Source: an uncultured Candidatus Actinomarina sp.
GTDB taxonomy: Bacteria > Actinomycetota > Acidimicrobiia > Actinomarinales > Actinomarinaceae
DNA length: 64,000 nt
Assembly (NCBI GenBank): GCA_902510995.1
Contig: CABXDL010000001.1
Span: 49,457 to 113,456, forward strand
Direction of reading: 5' to 3'
The notes under the pieces are model-generated. The model had not been told where the DNA came from, did not search any database, and saw only the letters and a list, made by a program, of their open reading frames with translations. Both the position numbers and the translations under genes were made by a program. Each line of letters opens with the position of its first letter. The first letter of the stretch is position 1. Positions 49,624-59,848 of the stretch are shown here, piece after piece.

Positions 49624-50107
49624 TTTGAACTTTAACCATTGCTGGCCTTATCAATCTATCTTCTAATTTGTAACCTTTTCGCAAAACCTCTTCAACTATT
49701 TGGTCGTCACCTTCACCCGAGTGTTCTATTGCTTCATGGTATGAGGGGTCAAATTCTTCCCCTACTCCTGGTACTTCAGTAATATTTAAATTTTCAAGAA
49801 AAGTTAGCACTAATTTATATAGTGCCTCAAGTTCTTTAGGAACTTCTTCTTGGCCCATTGCTATTTCAAAGTTATCTATAAGAGGGAAAAGTCCAGCCAA
49901 TATAATTGATAGTGACCCTACTAATTGATTTTCTTTATCTTTTTCGGTTCTTTTTTTAAAATTGTCAAAATCTGCAGCAAGTCTTAAGTAGTCATCTTTT
50001 ATTTTTTCATAATCTTCTAAAGGGATAGAGGGCGATTCTTCTTCTGTAGAATTATCTACATTTTTTTCATCATCTTTTTTCTTAGATGATGACTTTTTTT
50101 TACTCAT
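49616..50107 (-). CDS. grpE: Nucleotide-exchange factor GrpE
   Basis: GrpE coiled-coil and beta-domain pattern. Confidence 0.9.
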   Translation of the reverse strand: MSKKKSSSKKKDDEKNVDNSTEEESPSIPLEDYEKIKDDYLRLAADFDNFKKRTEKDKENQLVGSLSIILAGLFPLIDNFEIAMGQEEVPKELEALYKLVLTFLENLNITEVPGVGEEFDPSYHEAIEHSGEGDDQIVEEVLRKGYKLEDRLIRPAMVKVQSE

Positions 50108-51914
50108 CTTCTTCTACGACTTCACCATCAACAACATCATCATTAGTTTCTTCATTTTCAGAAACTTCATTACTTTGTTGAGCTTCAGCATAAAGTTTTT
50201 CTGCAAATGATTGACTAGCTTTTGTTAACTCCTCAATTGAATTCTTCATTTCATCAAGACTTGCTTCTTGACTCTCAAGTACTTTTGATAAGTTATCTTT
50301 ACTTTCATTGATAGCTTTAATTTCCTCATCAGTAGCTTTATCTTTATTCTCTTCAAGCATTTTTTCTGTAGATGTAACCATGCTTTCAGCTAAGTTTCTT
50401 GTCTCAACAAGCTCTTTCTTTTTAGCATCTTCATTTGCATGCTCCTCAGCATCCTTAACCATTCTCTCTATTTCATCTTCTTCGAGAGCAGTACCACCAG
50501 TTATTGTTATAGCTTGTTCCTTACCAGTACCAAGATCTTTTGCATTAACATTAACTATTCCGTTAGCATCAATATCAAAAGTAACTTCAATCTGGGGTGT
50601 TCCAGCTTTTGCTGAAGGGATATCAGTTAAATTAAATTTACCTAATGACTTATTACCAGAAGCCATTTCTCTTTCGCCTTGAAGTACATGAATTTCTACT
50701 TGAGTCTGTCCGTCGTCAGCCGTTGAAAACGTTTCAGATCTTTTTGTTGGTATTGTTGTATTTCTTTCAATCATTTTTGTCATAATTCCACCCTTTGTTT
50801 CAACACCAAGAGTTAAGGGAGTAACATCAAGAAGCAAGACATCTTTAACATCACCTTTTAGTACACCTGCTTGAATAGCAGCACCTGAAGCTACTACTTC
50901 GTCCGGATTAACACCTTTCGAGGGGTCTTTTCCAGTTATAGATTTTACCAGTGTTTGAACAGCAGGAATTCTAGTTGAACCACCAACTAAGACTATGTGT
51001 TCAATATCTGAAAAAGATAATCCAGCGTCTTTTACAGCTTTATTTACAGGGTCTTTTGTTCTATCTACAAGATCTGATGTAATTTTTTCAAATTCACTTC
51101 TTGATAACTTTTCTAACAAGTGCTGCGGTCCTGAATCGTTAGCTGTAATAAAAGGTAAGTTAATTTCAGTCTCAGTTGTTGAAGAAAGTTCTATTTTTGC
51201 TTTTTCAGCACCTTCTTTTATTCTCTGCATTGCCATTTTATCTTTTGAAATATCAATTCCTGTTGAAGACTTAAATTTTTCAACTAACCAGTCCATTACT
51301 CTTTCATCCCAGTCATCTCCACCTAGTTTTGAATCACCTGATGTTGACTTAACTTCAAAAACTCCTTCTGAAATCTCTAATACAGAAACATCAAACGTTC
51401 CTCCGCCTAAGTCATAGACCAAAATTTTTTGATCTTCATTATTTTCTAATCCATAGGCTAAAGCCGCCGCAGTAGGTTCATTAATAATTCTTAATACATT
51501 TAATCCTGCGATTTGCCCAGCTTCTTTAGTAGCTTGTCTTTCCGCATCGTTGAAATATGCTGGAACTGTTATTACAGCATCTGTAACATCTTCACCTATA
51601 TAGCTTTCAGCATCTCTTTTTAATTTTTGAAGAATCCTTGCAGAAACTTCTTGAGGTGTATATTCTTTATTTTCAAACTTTTCTTTCCAACTTGAGCCAA
51701 TTTTTCTTTTTATTGACCTTACAGTATTATCTGGATTTGTAATTGCTTGTCTTTTAGCTAATTCACCGACCAATACTTCTTCGCCTTTAAAAGCAACAAT
51801 AGAAGGAGTTGTTCTATTACCTTCTGCGTTAGCTATTACAGTCGGCTCTCCGCCTTCTAAAACAGCAACTACGCTATTCGTAGTGCCTAAATCAATACCT
51901 ACTGCTTTTCCCAT
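50100..51914 (-). CDS. dnaK: Chaperone DnaK (Hsp70)
   Basis: [17 protein letters not shown] and other Hsp70 signatures, with an EEVD-like acidic tail. Confidence 0.95.
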   Translation of the reverse strand: MGKAVGIDLGTTNSVVAVLEGGEPTVIANAEGNRTTPSIVAFKGEEVLVGELAKRQAITNPDNTVRSIKRKIGSSWKEKFENKEYTPQEVSARILQKLKRDAESYIGEDVTDAVITVPAYFNDAERQATKEAGQIAGLNVLRIINEPTAAALAYGLENNEDQKILVYDLGGGTFDVSVLEISEGVFEVKSTSGDSKLGGDDWDERVMDWLVEKFKSSTGIDISKDKMAMQRIKEGAEKAKIELSSTTETEINLPFITANDSGPQHLLEKLSRSEFEKITSDLVDRTKDPVNKAVKDAGLSFSDIEHIVLVGGSTRIPAVQTLVKSITGKDPSKGVNPDEVVASGAAIQAGVLKGDVKDVLLLDVTPLTLGVETKGGIMTKMIERNTTIPTKRSETFSTADDGQTQVEIHVLQGEREMASGNKSLGKFNLTDIPSAKAGTPQIEVTFDIDANGIVNVNAKDLGTGKEQAITITGGTALEEDEIERMVKDAEEHANEDAKKKELVETRNLAESMVTSTEKMLEENKDKATDEEIKAINESKDNLSKVLESQEASLDEMKNSIEELTKASQSFAEKLYAEAQQSNEVSENEETNDDVVDGEVVEEDE

Positions 51915-51947
51915 TGATGATTTCCTTTCCTAATAAAGTTTTTGAGA

Positions 51948-52139
51948 TTATTGTTCTCTTGGTAAATGCCCTCTAACCCTTGGATAAGAGACTGGAGAGT
52001 GAAGAAAACATAATTTCTTTTTGTTGTAAATGCTAATTACAGTCGCGCATCCGGAAAAATCACAGATACGACCTGATGTGTAGCTCTTAGATCTTCTGAC
52101 ACCAGGCTTCACTGAAGAAGCTGTTAATGTAGAACTCAT
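51948..52139 (-). CDS. Small zinc-ribbon bS14-like protein; paralog of 29954..30148; first gene of the dnaK operon
   Basis: 63 aa with C-x4-C-x12-C-x2-H and shared RxSKSY..GR.C...SIYNK...CF.H.PV.YPRVRG blocks. It lies 33 nt upstream of dnaK. Confidence 0.5.
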   Translation of the reverse strand: MSSTLTASSVKPGVRRSKSYTSGRICDFSGCATVISIYNKKKLCFLHSPVSYPRVRGHLPREQ

Positions 52140-52175
52140 AATAATTCCTTTCTTATCTAACTTTATTTAGTAATA

Positions 52176-52201
52176 AAATCTAAGTAAATATACTTAGATT
52201 T
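52176..52201. promoter_or_regulatory. HAIR-like inverted repeat (candidate HspR operator)
   Basis: AAATCTAAGT-AAATAT-ACTTAGATTT has perfect 10-bp arms. Its architecture resembles HAIR (CTTGAGT-N7-ACTCAAG). Confidence 0.4.
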
Positions 52202-52301
52202 AATATAAATATACTATATTTCTGTTTTAATACAAACTTTTTTTATTTTTTACTAAAAAAAGCTATTCTTTCATTACTTTTAATGCTGATATTATTGAAT
52301 A

Positions 52302-53093
52302 ATGAATAATTTGGATATACACATAGTAGGTCTAGGAAACCTTGGTTCTGCACTTTTGCAGGGTTTAATTAATCTAGATAAAAACTTAACATTTCATCTT
52401 TATGAAAAAGAAACAAAAATTATTGATTTTATTAAAAAACAATTTGAGCTTGACCCAAAAACAGAGATTGATGTTATTGAAAATGGAGTTCTTGTTCTCT
52501 GTATTAAACCAAAGGATTTAAATCTTTTTATAAAGACAAATAAAGAAAAGATTTCAGAAGATGTATTAATTTGTACAGTATTAGCTGGTGTGAACACATC
52601 GTATATATCAAAATTTATTAATAATAAAATCATTCGTCTTATGCCGAATTTATCTATAAAAGATAACAATGGTTTTATTCCATATACAAAAAATTATGAG
52701 AAAGATTATTTATCATTTCTTGAAGTACTCAACGGTCTAGGATCTATATCTGAATACGACGAAGAATTATTTCATATAATTACATCAATATATGGAAGTG
52801 GCCCAGCTTGGTATCTAGAACTTTCTTCAAAGATTGTGGAGGCTGCTTTAGAATTAGGACTTTCTAAATCAGAATCAAACAAAATCGTAAAGGAACTTAT
52901 AAAATCTCTACCAGCATTAGTCAATGAAGAGGAGTTTAGTGATACTGTGGAGAAAATAAAATCACCCAAGGGTACAACAGAGGCAGGTATCAATTCGCTT
53001 AAGCATGATTCTTTTGATAAGATTATTTTCAACGCAATCAATTCTGCAACAGAAAGATCAATGGAGATATCAAAAGAAATTAACAATGAATAG
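52302..53093 (+). CDS. proC: Pyrroline-5-carboxylate reductase
   Basis: N-terminal GLGNLG Rossmann motif and C-terminal SPKGTTEAG. Confidence 0.75.
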   Translation: MNNLDIHIVGLGNLGSALLQGLINLDKNLTFHLYEKETKIIDFIKKQFELDPKTEIDVIENGVLVLCIKPKDLNLFIKTNKEKISEDVLICTVLAGVNTSYISKFINNKIIRLMPNLSIKDNNGFIPYTKNYEKDYLSFLEVLNGLGSISEYDEELFHIITSIYGSGPAWYLELSSKIVEAALELGLSKSESNKIVKELIKSLPALVNEEEFSDTVEKIKSPKGTTEAGINSLKHDSFDKIIFNAINSATERSMEISKEINNE

Positions 53094-55245
53094 CCAGAAA
53101 AAAGATAGACAAGTAAATGATTATGTTTTGTTATTTTCAGCAGGGGCAGCACTTGGAACATTATTCTTATGGGGAGCAAGCTATATTTTCCCAGAAGGAG
53201 AAATAGTAGAAGGTAGAAGAGTATTTGAAAATATACCAAAGTATCTCCAATATTTGTTCTATTTACTTAGTGCTTCTTCAGTTTTCATCTGTGGTTATTT
53301 ATTCTCTTTAAGAGCTAAGAACTGGTCAAGAGGTACTGAAGAAAAGAGAAAAGTAAAGCTAAGTCAAAGAATTATAAATTTATTTGACGGACTTCTAATG
53401 AAGACATTACTTAGATTTAAAGCTGCTGGATTAATGCATTCAATGATTTATATTGGCTTTTTAGGATTGTTTGCTGGGACAATAACTCTCGAAATACATC
53501 ATTTAATGCCACCATCATTAAAATTCTTACAGGGCACTACTTATCTAGTTTATTCATTTGCATTAGAGCTCGCTTCCTTGGTCTACTTAGGAGGTATAGC
53601 TTGGGCTTTATACAGAAGAATTTTTGGTACAGAAGATAGGCTAAAAACTAAAACTAAGATGGATGATTATTTGACTCTCCTTCTTCTAGGATTTATGGGT
53701 CTGTCTGGTCTAACTACTGAAGCTGGAAGAATCATAGTGGAAGGCTTTCCTAATTATGAAAAATGGAGCTTTGTAGGTTATTTCATTGCAGAGTTATTAC
53801 CTATAGAAAGTGGTGTTATATTTCATAGAGTTTCTTGGATACTGCATGTAGCTTCATTCTTTGTGTTTTTAATTGTTCTTCCTCAGTCCAAGCTACGTCA
53901 TATTGTGACTTCACCTGTAAATATGTACCTGAGTCCAAATGAAAGACCAAAAGGAGCTATGAAAGATATAGGCAACCTTATGGAGCTAGAAGATATAGAC
54001 ACTGTAGGAGTTGAACTTATTGAAAATTTCACTTGGAAACAACTTGTAGATTTAGATGCTTGTACAGCTTGTGGTAGATGTACATCGGTTTGCCCTGCAA
54101 ATTTAACAGGTAAGCCATTAGATCCAAGAGAAATAATTCTTAAAGTAGGACAAGTAATGTCAGACACTGGCGATCCACCTGTACCTTCTACAGTAACTAC
54201 ACCGATTGATCTTAAAGTAAAAGCTTCGAGTGTATTTGAAAGAGTAACGCCAGAAGAGTTATGGGCTTGTACTTCATGTAAAGCTTGTGATGAAATTTGT
54301 CCTGTAAATATTGAAATATTGGACAAAATATTAGACATGAGAAGACACCTCGCATTAATGGCTTCGGATTTTCCAACTGAGCTAGGGAAGGCTTATGTTG
54401 CAATGGAGAATTCATCAAATCCTTGGGGTGCTTCACAGAATGACAGAATGAAATGGTCAGAAGATTTAGATTTCGATGTCGCCCTATTAGAAGAAAATAA
54501 CAAAGAAGAAGTAGAGTATCTTTACTGGATTGGATGTGCAGGAGCATTTGATGATAGAAATATTCCCGTTACTAAAGCAGTAGCAACTTTACTTAAAAGA
54601 GCAAATGTATCATATGCAGTTTTAGGTCCAAAGGAAATATGTACAGGTGATTCAGCAAGAAGAACAGGAAATGAGTTTGTATTTCAACAACTTGCAATTC
54701 AAAATATTGAAAACATGAACAATCTGAATGTTAAAAAAGTCATAACTCAGTGTCCTCATTGTTTCAATACTATTGCTAATGAATATCCTCAATTAGGTGG
54801 AAATTTTGAGGTAATTCACCATAGCCAATTATTAACGGAACTTGTGCAGTCTGGGAAAATAGAAGTTGGAAACGCTGAAAAGCCTTACTCAATTACATAT
54901 CATGATTCTTGCTATCTGGGTAGGCATAATGACATTTACACAGCACCAAGAGAAATAGTAGGATCTATCGGAGGCATAGAGATTAGAGAAATGAAACGCC
55001 AAGGAACCAAAAGCTTTTGTTGCGGTGCTGGTGGCGGAAGAATGTGGATGGAAGAGAATACGGGTAAGAAAGTTAATATAGAAAGATCTCAAGAAGCAAT
55101 AGACACAGGAGCAGATGAAGTTGCTGTAGCCTGTCCTTTTTGTTACATTATGATGGACGACGGAGTTAAAGAACTCGGTGAAGGAGATAACGTTAGAGTT
55201 CGTGACGTATCCTTAATTTTGTTAGACAACTTAAAGAAAGATTAA
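53086..55245 (+). CDS. Membrane-anchored Fe-S oxidoreductase (heterodisulfide-reductase/GlpC-like; Rv0338c-like)
   Basis: N-terminal TM domain, two CxxCxxCxxxCP ferredoxin motifs and C-terminal Cys-rich CCG repeats. The start was set at ATG 53086, overlapping the proC stop. Confidence 0.75.
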   Translation: MNSQKKDRQVNDYVLLFSAGAALGTLFLWGASYIFPEGEIVEGRRVFENIPKYLQYLFYLLSASSVFICGYLFSLRAKNWSRGTEEKRKVKLSQRIINLFDGLLMKTLLRFKAAGLMHSMIYIGFLGLFAGTITLEIHHLMPPSLKFLQGTTYLVYSFALELASLVYLGGIAWALYRRIFGTEDRLKTKTKMDDYLTLLLLGFMGLSGLTTEAGRIIVEGFPNYEKWSFVGYFIAELLPIESGVIFHRVSWILHVASFFVFLIVLPQSKLRHIVTSPVNMYLSPNERPKGAMKDIGNLMELEDIDTVGVELIENFTWKQLVDLDACTACGRCTSVCPANLTGKPLDPREIILKVGQVMSDTGDPPVPSTVTTPIDLKVKASSVFERVTPEELWACTSCKACDEICPVNIEILDKILDMRRHLALMASDFPTELGKAYVAMENSSNPWGASQNDRMKWSEDLDFDVALLEENNKEEVEYLYWIGCAGAFDDRNIPVTKAVATLLKRANVSYAVLGPKEICTGDSARRTGNEFVFQQLAIQNIENMNNLNVKKVITQCPHCFNTIANEYPQLGGNFEVIHHSQLLTELVQSGKIEVGNAEKPYSITYHDSCYLGRHNDIYTAPREIVGSIGGIEIREMKRQGTKSFCCGAGGGRMWMEENTGKKVNIERSQEAIDTGADEVAVACPFCYIMMDDGVKELGEGDNVRVRDVSLILLDNLKKD

Positions 55246-55559
55246 ATATTTTTACCTAAGAAGAATTTTTTTACATCGTTATTGGAAGTATTTATACAAT
55301 AGATTACATAAATTGCAGTCGTTAGGTTACCTAAAGTCATAAGAAAGAAGACCCAAAGTATTGAAGAATAGTTCCCTTCTCTATAGATCATCCAAATCGC
55401 AATTAGTATAAAACCGGAATATAAATCAACTAATGAAACTATACCCCAAGGCAATGAAGGTATTAGAGAATCAAATAAACTTGTTTGATTTTGCGCCCAC
55501 AGAATAACGCTCACCATTGCGAAAGAAATAAAATAAGATATTACTTTTGTTATAGTCAT
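55242..55559 (-). CDS. Small three-TM membrane protein
   Basis: 105-aa hydrophobic ORF. Confidence 0.35.
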   Translation of the reverse strand: MTITKVISYFISFAMVSVILWAQNQTSLFDSLIPSLPWGIVSLVDLYSGFILIAIWMIYREGNYSSILWVFFLMTLGNLTTAIYVIYCINTSNNDVKKFFLGKNI

Positions 55560-55589
55560 ACAGTAGATTTTAAAGTAGAGAGTAGTTAT

Positions 55590-56207
55590 ATGCGAAACAA
55601 TAATATATTTTATAGAATTTTAAAACTGGACAAAAGCATTTACAATGAGCTCATTACCGATAGTTCATCTGTTCAGAGAGCAGTTGCAATATGGGCTGTA
55701 AGTTATTTAACAAGTGTTCTGGTCATATTTACATTGTTTAGGGATTTTGCTAATTTTTTAAAGAATAATCTATCTTTTTTAGCACCCCAACTTCCAGAGA
55801 ATTCATTACTTGAATTAAGAAATGTTATTTCTGCATTAGAGGTAACATTTAGTTCTGAAACTACTTTCACTGGACTGCTTACAACTTTAGGAACAGGTTT
55901 AGTTTCTTCACTTATTGGTATAAGTTTTATTTTTGTCCTCATTAAATATTTATTTAGAAAAGATCCAAATTTTATTCACATAGTTGTCATTTTTGGCTTC
56001 TCATCTGTAGTAGGTCTTTTAAACATTCCAATACTATTTATTAATTCATTTGGACTTAAGTTAACGATAGTCTTTTTTACAGGTATATATTCTTTAGTTT
56101 GCTTAGGGTCTGGGTTGAAACAGGTTTACTATTTAAGAAATTTTGAAATCATATTACTGGTTCTTGGGTCAAGTATTGCAAGCTCTTTTTTGTTAGAAGG
56201 TTTTTAA
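55590..56207 (+). CDS. Yip1-domain-like membrane protein
   Basis: Soluble N-terminus followed by five TM helices. The start was set at MRNNN. Confidence 0.45.
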   Translation: MRNNNIFYRILKLDKSIYNELITDSSSVQRAVAIWAVSYLTSVLVIFTLFRDFANFLKNNLSFLAPQLPENSLLELRNVISALEVTFSSETTFTGLLTTLGTGLVSSLIGISFIFVLIKYLFRKDPNFIHIVVIFGFSSVVGLLNIPILFINSFGLKLTIVFFTGIYSLVCLGSGLKQVYYLRNFEIILLVLGSSIASSFLLEGF

Positions 56208-56804
56208 ATGATAGCTGGCGTAATTCTTGCTGCGGGAGATTCTTCAAGGATGGGTTTTCCAAAACAATTAGCAGAATATAAAGGAAAAACAATCCTTGAG
56301 ACAGTTGTCGATACTGTAACTTCTAAATTTGAAGAAGCAGTAGTAGTCCTAGGTCATGAGAATGACACAATTACAGAAAAACTAGATTTTAAAGACAGCA
56401 CAATCTTAATAAATGAAAATTGGGAGGAAGGAATAGTTTCATCTATTAGAACAGCATTATTTTATTTAAGTGAAAATAAAGAAATTGAAAGTGCAATGAT
56501 TTTTATGGCTGATCAACCATCTGTTAATAATAAAATTATTGATAAATTAATAAAAACGAAAAAAAAAGAAGACGAAGTAGTGATTTCAAAATACCGTTAT
56601 AAGATGAATTATCCAATTATTGTTCCAAGATTCTTCTGGAACAAGCTTGAGCTTCTTACTTATGATAATCTTCTTGGTGAAGACGACTCTTTATTCAAAA
56701 ATTTTGACTTGGTAGACTTTTTTGGTTCATCAGAGTATAAATCTAAGGTTGTAAATTTTAATTTTCTAGAACCAACAGATTATGACGAGCAGAAAGATTT
56801 TTGA
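56208..56804 (+). CDS. MobA-like NTP-transferase domain protein (MocA-like nucleotidyltransferase)
   Basis: N-terminal GVILAAGDSSRMG motif. Confidence 0.65.
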   Translation: MIAGVILAAGDSSRMGFPKQLAEYKGKTILETVVDTVTSKFEEAVVVLGHENDTITEKLDFKDSTILINENWEEGIVSSIRTALFYLSENKEIESAMIFMADQPSVNNKIIDKLIKTKKKEDEVVISKYRYKMNYPIIVPRFFWNKLELLTYDNLLGEDDSLFKNFDLVDFFGSSEYKSKVVNFNFLEPTDYDEQKDF

Positions 56805-56851
56805 GAGTGGGAAAATCTCATTAAAAAACTTTTTCACTTATAAATAATATT

Positions 56852-57271
56852 TTGTACAATTTAATAATGACTTCAATAGATTCGATAAACGGTATGACTC
56901 ACATAGAGGCTACAAAATTAAGAAGAGCAAGAGTTCGAACAACCGTAACATTTTTACAGATAGCATCATCAAGATCAGGAAGAGCATTATTAACAAAAGA
57001 AACAGGAATTAGTTCTCCAAAACTTCTTCATTGGGCAAAAAGAGCTGAATTAATGAAAATAAGAGACCTTGGAAGGGATTATTCTGACTTACTTGAGGCT
57101 GTAGGTGTAGAAAGTGTTTCAGAGCTTAAAAGAAGAAATCCAGAATCACTTCATGAGTCAATGTCGGCAATGAATAGTAAGCAAGAAATCGTTGACAGGA
57201 TGCCTTCACTCAAAAGAGTTGCTAAATGGATAGACGAATCAAAAGATATCGATATTAAGGTCTCTTCTTAG
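56852..57271 (+). CDS. DUF4332 (HhH) domain protein
   Basis: Helix-hairpin-helix-like blocks (LLEAVGVESVSEL). Confidence 0.5.
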   Translation: MYNLIMTSIDSINGMTHIEATKLRRARVRTTVTFLQIASSRSGRALLTKETGISSPKLLHWAKRAELMKIRDLGRDYSDLLEAVGVESVSELKRRNPESLHESMSAMNSKQEIVDRMPSLKRVAKWIDESKDIDIKVSS

Positions 57272-57296
57272 TTAACCAACTATCTATCATTAAATT

Positions 57297-59003
57297 GTGG
57301 GTACAAAAAAAATACGAATAACTGGTGCACAATTATCTTTTTCAGTTGGGGCAATTCAAGAAAATAAGTCAAAAATTTTAAACACCTTAGAACAAGCAGA
57401 AAAAATTAATTCAGATATAGTTGTTTTTCCAGAACTCTGCATTACAGGTTATCCTCCTGAAGATTTACTTTTAAGAGAAAGCTTTGTAGGAAAAAATTTC
57501 GCAGTTTTAGAAGAGATTGCAGAGTTTTCTGGTAGAACAAGCGGGATAATTGGTTTTGTAGATAGAAGCCTAGAAGAGCAAACAACAGATAATGTTGATA
57601 GAAAAATTACTAATGCAGCAGCAATAGTTCAGAATGGTGATGTTAAAGGAATTTATCATAAATGTTATCTACCAAATTATTCAGTATTTGATGAAGCCAG
57701 ATATTTTGCAAAAGGAACAAAACCAGAAGAAATATTTTGGTATGAGGATGTAGGCGTAGGAATAAATGTATGTGAAGATATCTGGATTGATGAAGGTCCA
57801 GCAGAAGAACAAGTTAAAAGAGGAGCCTCTTTAATAATAAATATAAATGCTTCCCCATTTGATATAGATAAAACTAAATCAAGAAAAGAAAAAGTAATTC
57901 ATAAAGCTAAGAAACTAAATGTTCCGATAATTTATTTGAATATGGTTGGGGGGCAGGACGAGTTAGTTTTTGACGGAGGCTCTTTTGTTGTTGATTCTGA
58001 TGGAAATATAATTCATGAAGCATCTCAATTTGTTGAAGAAGTATTTAGTTTTGACATTGACCTAGAGATCAAAGATATAAATACAGAAAATAAACTTATA
58101 ATAAATGAAAAAAATTCCGATATACCTTCAATCGAAAGTACAAAACCCTTAGAAGAACTTGAATCAATGTATTCTGCCTTAAAACTTGGGTTATCTGATT
58201 ATGTTAGAAAAAATAAGTTTAAAAAAGTTCTAGTAGGTATTTCTGGAGGAATAGATTCTGCCTTGACAGCTACGATTGCAGTTGACTCCTTATCTTCAGA
58301 GAATGTTATTGGAGTTGCCATGCCATCAAGATTTAACCCAGAGTCCTCTCTAAAAGACGCAGAAGCTTTGGCAAAAAATTTAAATATAGAGCTAAAGACT
58401 ATAAATATTGAAGAAACTGCTGAAAAATTTAGAGAACTTATAGGATCAAATATTGATGAGAGCTTAGAAAGTGTTGTGAAAGAAAACATACAGGCCAGGA
58501 TAAGAGGCAATATATTGATGGCTTTGTCAAACCAGTTAGGAGCAATGGTTGTTTCAACAGGGAATAAATCAGAAATGGCTGTTGGTTACTCAACTTTATA
58601 TGGTGATTTAGTTGGGGGTTTCGCCTTATTGAAGGATGTATATAAAACAGAGGTTTATAAACTTTCTAATTATAGAAATTCAATCTCAAAGGTAATACCA
58701 AAAAATATTATTAGTAAAAAACCAAGTGCCGAGCTTAGTGAAGATCAATATGACTCTGACACACTTCCAGAGTATGACTTACTAGACAAAATATTGAAGA
58801 TGTATATAGAGCTTGATTACTCATCTGAAAAAATAATAAAGTCGGGAATTGAAAAAGATGTTGTATTTGATATTCTTGAAAAAATAGATAGAAATGAATA
58901 TAAGCGTAAGCAAGTTGCTCCAGGTGTAAAATTAACGAGTAGGGCTTTTGGAAAAGACAGAAGAATGCCTATAACAAATACCTACATAAGAGATCGGTAC
59001 TAG
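57297..59003 (+). CDS. nadE: Glutamine-dependent NAD+ synthetase
   Basis: N-terminal CN-hydrolase domain plus C-terminal NAD synthetase (SGGIDS P-loop). Confidence 0.9.
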   Translation: MGTKKIRITGAQLSFSVGAIQENKSKILNTLEQAEKINSDIVVFPELCITGYPPEDLLLRESFVGKNFAVLEEIAEFSGRTSGIIGFVDRSLEEQTTDNVDRKITNAAAIVQNGDVKGIYHKCYLPNYSVFDEARYFAKGTKPEEIFWYEDVGVGINVCEDIWIDEGPAEEQVKRGASLIININASPFDIDKTKSRKEKVIHKAKKLNVPIIYLNMVGGQDELVFDGGSFVVDSDGNIIHEASQFVEEVFSFDIDLEIKDINTENKLIINEKNSDIPSIESTKPLEELESMYSALKLGLSDYVRKNKFKKVLVGISGGIDSALTATIAVDSLSSENVIGVAMPSRFNPESSLKDAEALAKNLNIELKTINIEETAEKFRELIGSNIDESLESVVKENIQARIRGNILMALSNQLGAMVVSTGNKSEMAVGYSTLYGDLVGGFALLKDVYKTEVYKLSNYRNSISKVIPKNIISKKPSAELSEDQYDSDTLPEYDLLDKILKMYIELDYSSEKIIKSGIEKDVVFDILEKIDRNEYKRKQVAPGVKLTSRAFGKDRRMPITNTYIRDRY

Positions 59004-59006
59004 AAA

Positions 59007-59834
59007 ATGTATTTAATTAATGGAAAAGAAGTTAAAAAAGAGGACTTCAGTATTCCTGTTCAAGACTTAGTAGTCTGGCGAGGCGATGGAATTTTTGAAG
59101 CTATAAGAATTCACGGAGGCTTTTTATTTGCACTAGAAAAGCATATGGATAGATTTAAGAACTCTGCAAAAAAAATGTATTTTGAAAATATTGATTTTAA
59201 TAAAATACAGCAAGATTTAATTAAATTAGCTTCAAATTTTGATACCGGTTATGTCAGAGTAATAATTGGTCGTGGTGTTTCTGTAGATGAATTTAATGTA
59301 TATATTTTTCATCAAGAAACAGTTTCTTTTCCTGAATCTTATTCCTTACAATCACAGAAAGCACACTGGATGGCAGGTGGGGATTTTGGAATAAACGAAA
59401 TCCATAACATAGCAGCAAAAACAACTTCTTATGCAATGAATATGAACGAAACAAGACTTGCTGAGAAAAAGGGATTTACAGATGCTTTATTAGTAAACAG
59501 AGAAGGAGTAGTGCTTGAAGGTCCATCATTCTCAATAGGCTGGGTAAAAGAAGGTAAAGTTTTTGTTCCTGATTTAGATCTTGGAATATTAGATTCTGTA
59601 ACTAGAAGGTGTTTAATTGAAATTGGAGAAAGCGGGGCATTTGACATAGAGGTAGGGAGAATATCAATTGATGAACTTTACAAAGTTGATACAGTTTTTG
59701 TTTTATCTACTGCAAAGCATGCAATCTTTGTTAAAAGAATTGATGAAGCAGAGTATTCAGAAGACCCTCTTGTCGGCGTGATTAAAGATTCTTTTAAAAT
59801 AGAAATCGAAAAAGAAAAGAGTGGAAAACTTTAA
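59007..59834 (+). CDS. Class IV aminotransferase (BCAT / aminodeoxychorismate-lyase-like)
   Basis: Class IV PLP-dependent fold pattern, 275 aa. Confidence 0.7.
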   Translation: MYLINGKEVKKEDFSIPVQDLVVWRGDGIFEAIRIHGGFLFALEKHMDRFKNSAKKMYFENIDFNKIQQDLIKLASNFDTGYVRVIIGRGVSVDEFNVYIFHQETVSFPESYSLQSQKAHWMAGGDFGINEIHNIAAKTTSYAMNMNETRLAEKKGFTDALLVNREGVVLEGPSFSIGWVKEGKVFVPDLDLGILDSVTRRCLIEIGESGAFDIEVGRISIDELYKVDTVFVLSTAKHAIFVKRIDEAEYSEDPLVGVIKDSFKIEIEKEKSGKL

Positions 59835-59848
59835 GACTAGGAGGTGCA

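Noticed and set aside
53005-53085. Upstream extension of the Fe-S oxidoreductase ORF overlapping proC
   Set aside because: ATG 53086 gives a hydrophilic N-terminus followed by the TM domain and a standard stop/start overlap with proC. The longer form would overlap proC by 89 nt.
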